A stretch of 64,000 bases of DNA, from NCBI GenBank assembly GCA_022797145.1, contig JAAWKA010000007.1:1589-65588 (forward strand), given 5' to 3'. A program made the position numbers and the translations under genes. A model generated the notes under the pieces. That model worked only from the letters and a program-made list of their open reading frames with translations. It was not told where the DNA came from and ran no database searches. Shown one piece after another: positions 22,813 through 32,419 of the stretch (position 1 is its first letter; each line of letters starts with the position of its first letter). Origin of the DNA: Clostridia bacterium (lineage in GTDB: Bacteria > Bacillota > Clostridia > TANB77 > CAG-508).

Positions 22813-23018
22813 TTTTATTTTACCTCTTCTCTTTACTTTTGTATTTTCAAAAAAATTCTATCATAAAAAAATAAAAAAATCTACACTTTTTCTTTTACTT
22901 CTTTTTGAGTATGTTAAATCTTTATTTTTTGTTTTGTAACACTTCTTTGTTAGATTGAATAATATATACCATACTAAAGAACAAAAAACTTAGTTCTTTT
23001 ATAGGGAGGTTGCTTAAA

Positions 23019-23114
23019 ATGGGAAATTGTTGTAATAGTGAAATTTTGTGGTTCATTATCTTGTTCCTATTACTTTTCTGTAGCTGTGGCAACAGAAATT
23101 GCGGATGCAACTAG
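23019..23114 (+). CDS. Cys-rich tiny membrane protein, 31 aa (MGNCCNSEILWFIILFLLLFCSCGNRNCGCN)
   Basis: Below the ORF-track cutoff. SD AGGGAGG at 23004-23010, 8 nt before the ATG. Six Cys flank a hydrophobic helix. Resembles YjcZ/tiny-TM sporulation peptides from memory. Confidence 0.55.
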   Translation: MGNCCNSEILWFIILFLLLFCSCGNRNCGCN

Positions 23115-23170
23115 GTGAATTTTTGCCCTAACAGAAAAGTACATTTATATTTTGAAAGGGGGAAATGATA

Positions 23171-23293
23171 ATGCCAGAAAATAGAGGTTGCGGATGCGGA
23201 TGCGGTTTCGGTGGTGATAACTGTATTTGGATCATAGTTATAATTCTTTTAATTTGTTGTTGTGGTGGAAATAATTGTGGCGGATGTTGCTAA
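23171..23293 (+). CDS. Cys/Gly-rich tiny membrane protein, 40 aa (MPENRGCGCGCGFGGDNCIWIIVIILLICCCGGNNCGGCC)
   Basis: Below the ORF-track cutoff. SD AAAGGGGGA at 23155-23163. Alternative ATG at 23165. Ten Cys; same architecture as the upstream peptide. Hairpin at about 23345-23400 follows. Confidence 0.6.
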   Translation: MPENRGCGCGCGFGGDNCIWIIVIILLICCCGGNNCGGCC

Positions 23294-23400
23294 TTTTAGT
23301 GATGTTTGCTGTATAAAAAGCTAACTTTTTATCTATCACAATGAAAAGTTCCTTATATAAAATAAACATGATTGTTTAATTTATATAATAGGAACTTTTT

Positions 23401-23553
23401 CTACTTTTTTAACATTTTGTTTATTAAATATACTCTTATTATATTGAATATCTTAATAAATGATTTTGGAAATAGCTTTATAAATATTCTTTCTTTAAAT
23501 TCACATTGTTTTTGTATCTCATCTAGCAGTTCTTTTAAAATTTTTTTATCCAT
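23401..23553 (-). CDS. Possible 50-aa ORF (MDKKILKELLDEIQKQCEFKERIF...)
   Basis: Strong SD GGGGAGG 6 nt upstream of ATG 23553; no family recognised; could be a gene fragment. Confidence 0.3.
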   Translation of the reverse strand: MDKKILKELLDEIQKQCEFKERIFIKLFPKSFIKIFNIIRVYLINKMLKK

Positions 23554-23604
23554 ATTTACCTCCCCATTTGTCGTCATATGTCGTAAAAGCTCTGTCGAAA
23601 TTAG

Positions 23605-23633
23605 TTGACACTTTTAAGTACACGAGGTATAAT
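23605..23633 (+). promoter_or_regulatory. Perfect sigma-70/SigA consensus promoter (TTGACA-17nt-TATAAT) with dyad symmetry
   Basis: TTGACA 23605-23610, 17-nt spacer, TATAAT 23628-23633. The spacer contains AAGTACACGAG (23616-23626), whose partner half-site TCGTGTAC lies at 23654-23661. Confidence 0.55.
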
Positions 23634-23639
23634 AGATAT

Positions 23640-23717
23640 GCATAAGTATACTTTCGTGTACAATGTATCGGGTAGAGATTTTAGTTTCCAGACCAAGTAT
23701 CTCTATCCGATTTTTTT
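23640..23717 (+). ncRNA. Candidate ~80-nt orphan transcript (promoter to intrinsic terminator)
   Basis: Terminator stem CGGGTAGAGAT/ATCTCTATCCG (23669-23709) followed by T7 (23711-23717). No SD-led ORF. Function unknown. Confidence 0.3.
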
Positions 23718-24089
23718 GTATTCATATTGTATAACGTATCTTAAAAATATTCAAGGACTTTTTCTAATATTTTACTTGTTTTTTTTACCAAATTCGTTTT
23801 TTATTTCCAAAAAGTCCTTTATTCATCAGTATTTTTTTATTTTTTTTTGTAGAAAAATATTTTTTTTATATTTTATTTATTTCCATTATATGGTTTTTAA
23901 AAAGAACGTATGTTTTTAATTTTATAATGATATATATTAAATTATTATGTATAAATTAGTTTTTAAGACTTTTATTTCTAGAATTACTTACTGTTCTTTA
24001 CATATGTATTTCATCTAATATTTTATTGTTTGATTATAGCATGTTAAGTTGATGAATTATAGTGATTTTCAGGATAATTAATAAATATT

Positions 24090-24587
24090 TTATAGTTTTT
24101 GAATTTTGTCCATTGCTTTACTTATAGTTTTTTTTATGGTATCTGCTGATCTTGTCTGTTCAAATAGGCTAAAATATACTCTATTTCCTATGTCTTCATA
24201 GCTTCTTCCTTCTATATAATATGCTTTTATAATTTCTCTTTCTTTATATTTTAATCCTCTCAATCTTATATCTACTTCTTCTGTTTTATCTTTGAGTAAT
24301 AAGATTTCATTTTCTATATTTTTTATTCTTTCTTGTATTTCTTCTCTTTTGTTTTTTTCATTTATTAATGTGGCCATAACATTATCTGATATATTAGTTT
24401 TAACTTTTTTATTTCTATTTAATTCATGATTTTTCGTTATTTTTATTTCTATAATATTATCTTTTAGTGCCTCTTCTAATGTACATTTTTCTCTTTTTCT
24501 AATAAATAATTTTGATTTGTTTTCATTGTAGCTTCTTAACAATTTTACTAATTCTTCTTTTACCATATCTCTTACATCCTTTCCCAT
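24090..24587 (-). CDS. ArpU/RinA-like or sigma-70 region-4-like transcriptional activator (phage-type)
   Basis: C-terminal LKYKEREIIKAYYIEGRSYEDIGNRV...TIKKTISKAMDKI resembles a region-4 HTH; central coiled coil. Possible alternative start at 24566. Confidence 0.55.
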   Translation of the reverse strand: MGKDVRDMVKEELVKLLRSYNENKSKLFIRKREKCTLEEALKDNIIEIKITKNHELNRNKKVKTNISDNVMATLINEKNKREEIQERIKNIENEILLLKDKTEEVDIRLRGLKYKEREIIKAYYIEGRSYEDIGNRVYFSLFEQTRSADTIKKTISKAMDKIQKL

Positions 24588-24601
24588 TTTTTCATTTTTT
24601 A

Positions 24602-24656
24602 ATATATTATAACATCTATAGTGTCTTTATAAGACACTATAGATGTTATAATATAT
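24602..24656. promoter_or_regulatory. 55-bp perfect palindrome (26-bp arms, 3-bp centre) between divergent regulator genes; putative shared operator/promoter
   Basis: ATATATTATAACATCTATAGTGTCTT tat AAGACACTATAGATGTTATAATATAT. Each arm carries a TATAAT reading outward. Confidence 0.7.
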
Positions 24657-24760
24657 AGCAAAATATGTCAAGCTTTTTTAATTTTTTGTAATAATCGGCA
24701 AAAAACTTGCACTTTAACTTACTTTGTGTTATTATTAAGACACTTAAGGAGGTTGCTAAG

Positions 24761-25369
24761 ATGGATATGGGGCAAAGAATAAAAGAATTAAGAATAAAAA
24801 ATGGTTTAACTCAAGAAGAATTAGGTAAGTATATAGGTGTACAAAAATCTGCAATTAGAAAATATGAAAAAGGTGAAGTAAAAAATATTAAAAGCTCTTC
24901 TATTAAAATCCTTTCTAAAATATTTAATATATCTCCCTCATACTTAATGTGTATAGATGAGCCAAAGGAAAATTCTTCAAATACTTCTGTAATATCCATT
25001 CCATTTTTTAATAATTCTAATATAGATTCTACTTTTTTATTACAAGACCACTGTCAGGAAACTATTGAAATTAGTACAGATATAGCAATAAATGCAAAAG
25101 ATTTTTTTGCATTTAAAGTAATTGATGATAGTATGTCTCCAATTTTTATAGAAAATGATATAGTTATAGTAAAGAAGCAAAGTAATTTTGAACTAGATGA
25201 TTTCGTTGTTATTTTTATGAATAATAATATTCTTACTATTAGAAAAGTTATAAAAGCTAGTACTACATTACTTTTAAAACCTATAAATGATAAGTATACA
25301 TATAATGAAATAGGAACTATCTCTGGTAAAATAATTGGTATAGTAAAACAATTAAAAAGAGATTTTTAA
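24761..25369 (+). CDS. LexA/CI-like repressor (XRE HTH plus S24 peptidase domain)
   Basis: N-terminal MGQRIKELRIKNGLTQEELGKYIGVQKSAIRKYEKG HTH. C-terminal DDSMSP...NDIVIVKK with Ser/Lys dyad candidates. Start at ATG 24761 after AGGAGG. Confidence 0.85.
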   Translation: MDMGQRIKELRIKNGLTQEELGKYIGVQKSAIRKYEKGEVKNIKSSSIKILSKIFNISPSYLMCIDEPKENSSNTSVISIPFFNNSNIDSTFLLQDHCQETIEISTDIAINAKDFFAFKVIDDSMSPIFIENDIVIVKKQSNFELDDFVVIFMNNNILTIRKVIKASTTLLLKPINDKYTYNEIGTISGKIIGIVKQLKRDF

Positions 25370-25417
25370 CTAATACAGTAAAATATTAATATATTTTTTT
25401 AAATTTTAAAAATTATA

Positions 25418-25446
25418 TTGACATATATAATAAAAACATTTATAAT
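25418..25446 (+). promoter_or_regulatory. Consensus promoter for tRNA-Leu
   Basis: TTGACA 25418-25423, 17-nt spacer, TATAAT 25441-25446; about 30 nt upstream of the tRNA. Confidence 0.5.
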
Positions 25447-25476
25447 TACAAATGGCATAAATACTACCAATTAAAT

Positions 25477-25564
25477 GCAGATGTGGCGGAATTGGTAGAC
25501 GCACAGGACTTAAAATCCTGCGGTTGAATAAACCGTACCGGTTCGATTCCGGTCATCTGCACCA
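25477..25564 (+). tRNA. tRNA-Leu (anticodon UAA), encoded CCA
   Basis: 7-bp acceptor stem GCAGATG/CATCTGC, anticodon stem CAGGA/TCCTG with loop CTTAAAA, long variable arm, T-arm ACCGG-TTCGATT-CCGGT. Confidence 0.95.
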
Positions 25565-25634
25565 ACGACGTATCTGTTCGAACTTTTCTTAGCTGTTGAG
25601 GCTATGCCGATTACAGATAAGTTATAGGAATGTT

Positions 25635-25668
25635 ACAAAATCTTAATAATTTATTATTAAGATTTTGT
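25635..25668 (+). terminator. Hairpin terminator downstream of tRNA-Leu
   Basis: 16-nt perfect inverted repeat ACAAAATCTTAATAAT/ATTATTAAGATTTTGT. Confidence 0.5.
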
Positions 25669-25767
25669 TAATTTGTAAATTGAACAGACGATACAAATAT
25701 CATTCTGAAAAGGATGGTATTTTTTTATTGCAAAATTGCCATCCAAAAGGAAAGGATGGTGCTTGAA

Positions 25768-26037
25768 ATGAAGATAGTTAAGCAAGAACTAGAGTTTGAG
25801 GAATGTTTAAAACAACGACTTAAATTTATATGTGAGTTTTCTAAAGTTACTCCTATTTTTATCAATGGTAGCATTAGAAAATTAGAAAAAACTAATCTTA
25901 CATATATTGAGCCACATAGAGTGATTATTAAAAATATTACTTTTTTAGTTTTTAATTACTCTAATGATGTGTATATCTCTAACTTAACTAAAAAGATTAA
26001 GTTATCAGAGTTAGAAGAATATTTGAAAAACATATAA
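25768..26037 (+). CDS. Hypothetical protein (89 aa from ATG 25768)
   Basis: ORF 25714-26037; SD-like GGATGGTG 6 nt before ATG 25768; no family recognised. Confidence 0.45.
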   Translation: MKIVKQELEFEECLKQRLKFICEFSKVTPIFINGSIRKLEKTNLTYIEPHRVIIKNITFLVFNYSNDVYISNLTKKIKLSELEEYLKNI

Positions 26038-26245
26038 TTGTAAATATTTGACATTTCTCAAAATCGTAGTATAATATAATCAATAAAAAATTTATATTTG
26101 CTCGACAAGAGCTAGATATATGAGTACTTTGAAAAAATTATATTATATTGCATTATTATATTTTAGTTTATGATAAATGGATTTAAGAGATGTCAGTAGT
26201 ACTCGTGTACTTTGATGTCTCTTTTTGTTTTATAAGGAGGAGTGA

Positions 26246-28168
<1,923 letters not shown>

Positions 28169-28317
28169 TTGTTGCAACTATTACTTTATATATTATCTAT
28201 GTTGCAACAACAAATTAACGAGAACAAATTTGTATTTGCGATTAGCAAATATCAATTTTGTAGTGAGTTAATTTGATAAATTTTAGCTTTGCGAGATAAA
28301 ATTTATTGCCTCGCAGA

Positions 28318-28397
28318 GCCCCCATGTTATGATGGCACGTCATAACATATAGGGGGTTAGGACTTCTGTCAAGACGAAGTCCTATGCTACGAAGAAA
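28318..28397 (+). promoter_or_regulatory. Two-hairpin element, copy 1 (candidate oriT/RSA of the downstream relaxase)
   Basis: Hairpin 1 at 28319-28356 (CCCCC ATGTTATGA loop TCATAACAT ata GGGGG). Hairpin 2 at 28359-28383 (AGGACTTC loop GAAGTCCT). Tail ATGCTACGAAGAAA. Ends 18 nt before the mob start codon. Confidence 0.45.
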
Positions 28398-28415
28398 TTT
28401 CAAAGGAGGGATTCT

Positions 28416-29804
28416 ATGGAGCAAGAATTAGCATATTCTTTTCACTTGGGTAGTGATAAAAACAAAAGTAAATTAGCAAAGAAAGTTGCAAAAGAAAATG
28501 TATCTGGTACTACTTCTCTGTCTAATAATGCAATTCAAAATGCAAAAGATTTGTCAGATGTAAATAAGCATAATTTGAGAGATTATGATAATCAAACAGA
28601 ACTAATTAGAACAATATATGGGACAAATGATATTGTAAATGATGTAAAACAAGTATATTTAGATGAGTTTGAACAAGCTAGAATTGAATACAACAATAAG
28701 CAAACTAGAAATGATAGAAAAATAGATAATTACTTTACAAAAGTATGTGAATCTCAAAATGATATTGCTTGTGAAATTATAATAGAACTGGGAGATATGG
28801 ATTTTTGGAATGATAAAGACGAAAGATATAGACTTAAAATGGTTGATGTATATAATGAGCAAGTAAAAGACTTAATTAAAATTGTACCAGATTTTAAAAT
28901 AGCAAATGCAACAATACACTTTGACGAAACATCTCCCCATATGCACATTGTAGGTGTTCCAGTAACCTTAAATTGCACTAGAGGAATGAAAAAACAAGTA
29001 GGAAAAAGTAAATTATTTACAAAAGCAACACTTACTGAAATACAAGATAAAATGAGAAATGATTGTATTAAGTCATATAACAAATTTTATTAAGTTAATA
29101 CTAGGTTAAAGCAAAAGCAAAAAGGCAGAAATCAAGACATCAATGTTAATGAAATGAGCAATTACAGAGAAATCAAGAAACAACTAGCTAAAAAAGAACA
29201 AAAACTTGAAAAAGCTAATACTCAAACTAAAATACTTGATAATTCTAGTAATGATATAAACAAAATTTTAAATAGCCTAAAACCTACTAAACTAAACAAA
29301 AATAATATGGTTATTTCAAACGAGGATGTCCAGAGAATCAAAAGTTATACGGAAGATGTGAAAGATATAACCCAGACAGTTAGAAGTGTAAATGACTTAA
29401 ATATGGCGATTAAAGATTTTGAGCATTCTGCATTTGAAATAGAAAAGGAAAATCGTTCACTTAAATATGAAATAGAACTAAAAGATAATGAAATCGGCAA
29501 TCTTAAAAGTGAAATATCTACTAAAGATAAAATTATTGGCAACTTACAAACTGAAAAGGAAAAGATAAAACAGGAATTACAAAAATTTAAAAACTTCTGG
29601 CATAGCATTATGAGCTATTTTCACAAAAGAATTTGTTATAACAAAGATAATAACTATAAAATTGTTAGTGATGATTTATATAAAAATGGTATTTTTGACA
29701 GCAACGATAATGAAATTGCAAATAATATTGCTAGAAAAGTAACTATACCAGATGAAAACAAGCAAAGCAAAAATAAAAAGAAAGATAATGATACCAGATT
29801 TTAA
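28416..29804 (+). pseudogene. MobV/Pre-family relaxase (TnpZ-like) interrupted by one in-frame TAA at 29091-29093
   Basis: Motifs HNLRDY and HFDETSPHMHIVGVPV. ORFs 28416-29093 and 29154-29804 share a frame, and the 60 nt between them contain no other stop. Confidence 0.8.
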
Positions 29805-29821
29805 AAGGAGGAAAAAAAGTT

Positions 29822-30211
29822 ATGAATAATGAATTACCAAAAACAAAAATTGATGGAAGAACAGGTATTGAATATCATTTAGAGGGAGATTACTATATAC
29901 CAAACCTAGTAATGCCTAAACAAGAACGACTTATTTTAAATAAATATGGAAGAATGAGATTAAAATATTTGAAAGAACACAAAAACGCTGATTATACTAT
30001 AATGCTTATGAATGGAACATTAAATGCACATTTGAAAGAAATACAAGAAACGGCAGATAATAGAGTGCATCAGATTATTAGTGAGTTAAAATCTAAAAGT
30101 GATTTGACTGAAGATATGAAAAATACAAATATACTTTATTGGGTAGGTACTATGAACTCTATTAAGGCACAAGCTGAAGAAATTGTTTTTAGTGAATTGA
30201 TTTATGTGTAA
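29822..30211 (+). CDS. tnpV: TnpV-like transposon protein
   Basis: GDYYIPNL, YGRMRLKYLKEH and C-terminal AEEIVFSELIYV match my recollection of Tn4451 TnpV; a paralog lies at 48269-48631. Confidence 0.8.
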   Translation: MNNELPKTKIDGRTGIEYHLEGDYYIPNLVMPKQERLILNKYGRMRLKYLKEHKNADYTIMLMNGTLNAHLKEIQETADNRVHQIISELKSKSDLTEDMKNTNILYWVGTMNSIKAQAEEIVFSELIYV

Positions 30212-30236
30212 TAAAATATAATCACTCGATTTTAAT

Positions 30237-30288
30237 ATTGGGTGATTTTATTATGTGTGAAAATTGGGTGATTTTATTATGTGTGAAA
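30237..30288. repeat. Perfect 26-bp tandem direct repeat x2 (ATTGGGTGATTTTATTATGTGTGAAA)
   Basis: Units 30237-30262 and 30263-30288. Ends 3 nt upstream of the -35 (TTGTAA 30292-30297; TATAAT 30315-30320) of the endonuclease gene. Confidence 0.9.
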
Positions 30289-30350
30289 ATGTTGTAAATT
30301 GTTATATTGTTTGATATAATGCGAATAATGTTAATACAAGGAGAGATTTT

Positions 30351-32345
30351 ATGTTAGATGATATTAAATTTCAAAGTTATTGTTGGAGCTTAGGAACTAC
30401 TAGCTTTAGAGTAAAAGACTTAAACTTTAAAATAGAAAAGCAACTACAAATATTAGATGAATTATGGAACGAAAGTCCTAATGAACAATGGACTGGAAAT
30501 AATAAAATTCAAGAAGAATATTATAATAAAATGTTGTCTAAAGAGTTTATTACAGGAGAAGCAAATAATAAACCTAAAGATGCTAGACAAAAAACTTCTG
30601 GATTAGTTCAAATGGGTGTAATAGATGATAATAGGCACATAACAGAAATAGGAAACAAAATAATTGCTATAGTTGAAAGTGAAAATTTTAAAGATGATAA
30701 TATTTTTAATATAAATAAAGATAGTTATCTATATTTAAAACAATTATTAAAACTTCAAATAACTGATAATGGGATTAATGTAAAGCCATTTGCTGTATTA
30801 CTATATTTTTTAGCAGAATTACAATATTTATCAAAAGATGAATTTACTTATGTTCTTCCTTTAGCTACTAGCGGTGAATATATAGATTTAATGTTAGAAA
30901 ATATAAAAATGCTTAGAAATAGTCAAAAAACAATAGAGGATATTATTCAAAACAAGATGGAAAATATGTCTAATTATAAGGCTGCTATCCAATTTATAAA
31001 AGAAAACGGAATAAACAATATTGAAGAGTTTGCTATTATAGATATGGGAAGAAAAGGAACTAAATATGTAAAACCAATGTATGACTTCTTTGAAAAATTA
31101 TATGCAACATCACAAAGAACTTTTGATGAAGAAGCTTTAAATATAATAGTGGCATTTATAAAAGAACAAACAAAGAAAAATTCTAAAGTTGCAAAATATT
31201 GGAAAGAGTACTTTAAATATTCTACAAGAATATTAACAGAAGAATACCTAGAAGAGATAAAAAAAATACCTTTATTTAATTTTAAAGATAAAACAGAATA
31301 TGCTGTAGAATTTTTTAAGATAATGCATACTGCTAAATGGAAAGCTACATTAGAAGATTATGCAGATTTAAACAAAAGGTATATTTCATTATCTGATGTT
31401 GTCATTTTTGAAGATGATAGAATAGAATTAGATTTGTTTCCTAAGTATTTCTTTTTAAACATTTCTAAAGAAATAGTAAATACGGAAATTTTAAATAAAG
31501 ATAAATATGAAGAATTTATATCAAAGGATATTGAATTTAATAAAATATATAATTGCCTTGATATAAATGTTGATGATGTAATAATTCAAATTCAGACTGA
31601 TTATCCAAATAAATTAGTAAACAGAAATAGTATTAAAACATTTATCGAAGATGAAAAATTAAGAAGATTTAATGAATTGATTGATAATAAATTTAGTGAG
31701 AAGCAACTTATTGAATTATTTAAAAATATTGAAAATAATGATAGAAATGCAATTAATGACTATATTGATTGGAACTCTGATATACCAACAATATTTGAAT
31801 ATATTTTAGGTATTACATGGTATAGATTTAGTAGTAAAAGTGGTAATATATTAGAATATATGAAATTAAGTTTAGATGCCAATTTATTACCAAAAACTCA
31901 TGCGGCAGGAGGAACTGCTGATATAGTATATGAATATAATAAGACTGATACTTATCCAGAACATAAAGTCCTATTAGAAGCTACTTTGACAGAATCAACA
32001 TCACAAAGAAAAAATGAAATGGAACCTGTATCAAGGCATTTAATGAGAGAAATTCAAGAAAATGATAATGATAATACATACGCTGTTTTTGTGGCTAACA
32101 TATTACAAGAAGAAGTGTTGAGTGACTTTAGATCGAGAAAGAGTTATCAATTTAGAGGCAATAATTCTGTGAAAACTGGTTTGAAAATTATTTCTCTTTC
32201 CATTCAAGATATAATAAAGTTAATTAATTTAAAAGTACAATATTCAATGCTATTTGAGATATTTGAAAATGCTTATGAAGATACGGAAATCAACGATTTA
32301 GAGTGGTATGAAAAACTCATAAAAAATAAAGTTAATAATTTGTAA
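30351..32345 (+). CDS. Putative type IIS restriction (or nicking) endonuclease, AlwI/BstNBI/PleI/MlyI-like
   Basis: 664 aa adjacent to a tandem methyltransferase. N-terminal KDARQKTSGLVQMGVIDDNRHITEIG and C-terminal GGTADIVYEY...LLEATLT...EPVSRH resemble the RE_AlwI family as I remember it. Intrinsic terminator at 32345-32370. Confidence 0.6.
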   Translation: MLDDIKFQSYCWSLGTTSFRVKDLNFKIEKQLQILDELWNESPNEQWTGNNKIQEEYYNKMLSKEFITGEANNKPKDARQKTSGLVQMGVIDDNRHITEIGNKIIAIVESENFKDDNIFNINKDSYLYLKQLLKLQITDNGINVKPFAVLLYFLAELQYLSKDEFTYVLPLATSGEYIDLMLENIKMLRNSQKTIEDIIQNKMENMSNYKAAIQFIKENGINNIEEFAIIDMGRKGTKYVKPMYDFFEKLYATSQRTFDEEALNIIVAFIKEQTKKNSKVAKYWKEYFKYSTRILTEEYLEEIKKIPLFNFKDKTEYAVEFFKIMHTAKWKATLEDYADLNKRYISLSDVVIFEDDRIELDLFPKYFFLNISKEIVNTEILNKDKYEEFISKDIEFNKIYNCLDINVDDVIIQIQTDYPNKLVNRNSIKTFIEDEKLRRFNELIDNKFSEKQLIELFKNIENNDRNAINDYIDWNSDIPTIFEYILGITWYRFSSKSGNILEYMKLSLDANLLPKTHAAGGTADIVYEYNKTDTYPEHKVLLEATLTESTSQRKNEMEPVSRHLMREIQENDNDNTYAVFVANILQEEVLSDFRSRKSYQFRGNNSVKTGLKIISLSIQDIIKLINLKVQYSMLFEIFENAYEDTEINDLEWYEKLIKNKVNNL

Positions 32346-32419
32346 AAAAGAGTTGAAAAACTCTTTTTTTATTGTTATAATTTCAGTGTGCATAAGATGC
32401 CTTGAAAGGAAATGAAAAT

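Noticed and set aside
609-22939. Dozens of plus-strand ORFs of 60-140 aa nested antisense inside minus-strand housekeeping genes (for example 609-917, 1553-1894, 8604-8969, 20894-21325, 22355-22654).
   Set aside because: Leu/Phe/Ile/Ser-rich low-complexity translations, as expected from the antisense of AT-rich coding DNA. No SD sequences. Each is fully contained in a gene with clear family motifs.
22922-23110. 62-aa minus-strand ORF overlapping the first Cys-rich peptide gene.
   Set aside because: TTG start without SD and an implausible sequence. The plus-strand peptide genes have strong SDs and a shared architecture.
23605-23919. 104-aa plus-strand ORF (and 23372-23608) in the AT-rich gap.
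   Set aside because: Its TTG start is the -35 hexamer of a consensus promoter. The frame runs through a strong terminator and is Phe/Tyr/Ile-rich T-tract translation.
25571-25694. Imperfect inverted repeat (GTATCTGTTCGAA / TTGAACAGAcgATAC) flanking the tRNA-Leu terminator, considered as a MITE or att site.
   Set aside because: Only about 10-13 matching bases with a gap, no target duplication, and no second copy noticed. Too weak to call.
28242-28424. 60-aa minus-strand ORF upstream of relaxase 1.
   Set aside because: It is the antisense of the conserved two-hairpin element. Its reading frame is not conserved in the other copies.
30237-30288. Possible CRISPR array (also considered for 44252-44309).
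   Set aside because: Only two directly abutting identical units with no spacers; no cas genes in the window.
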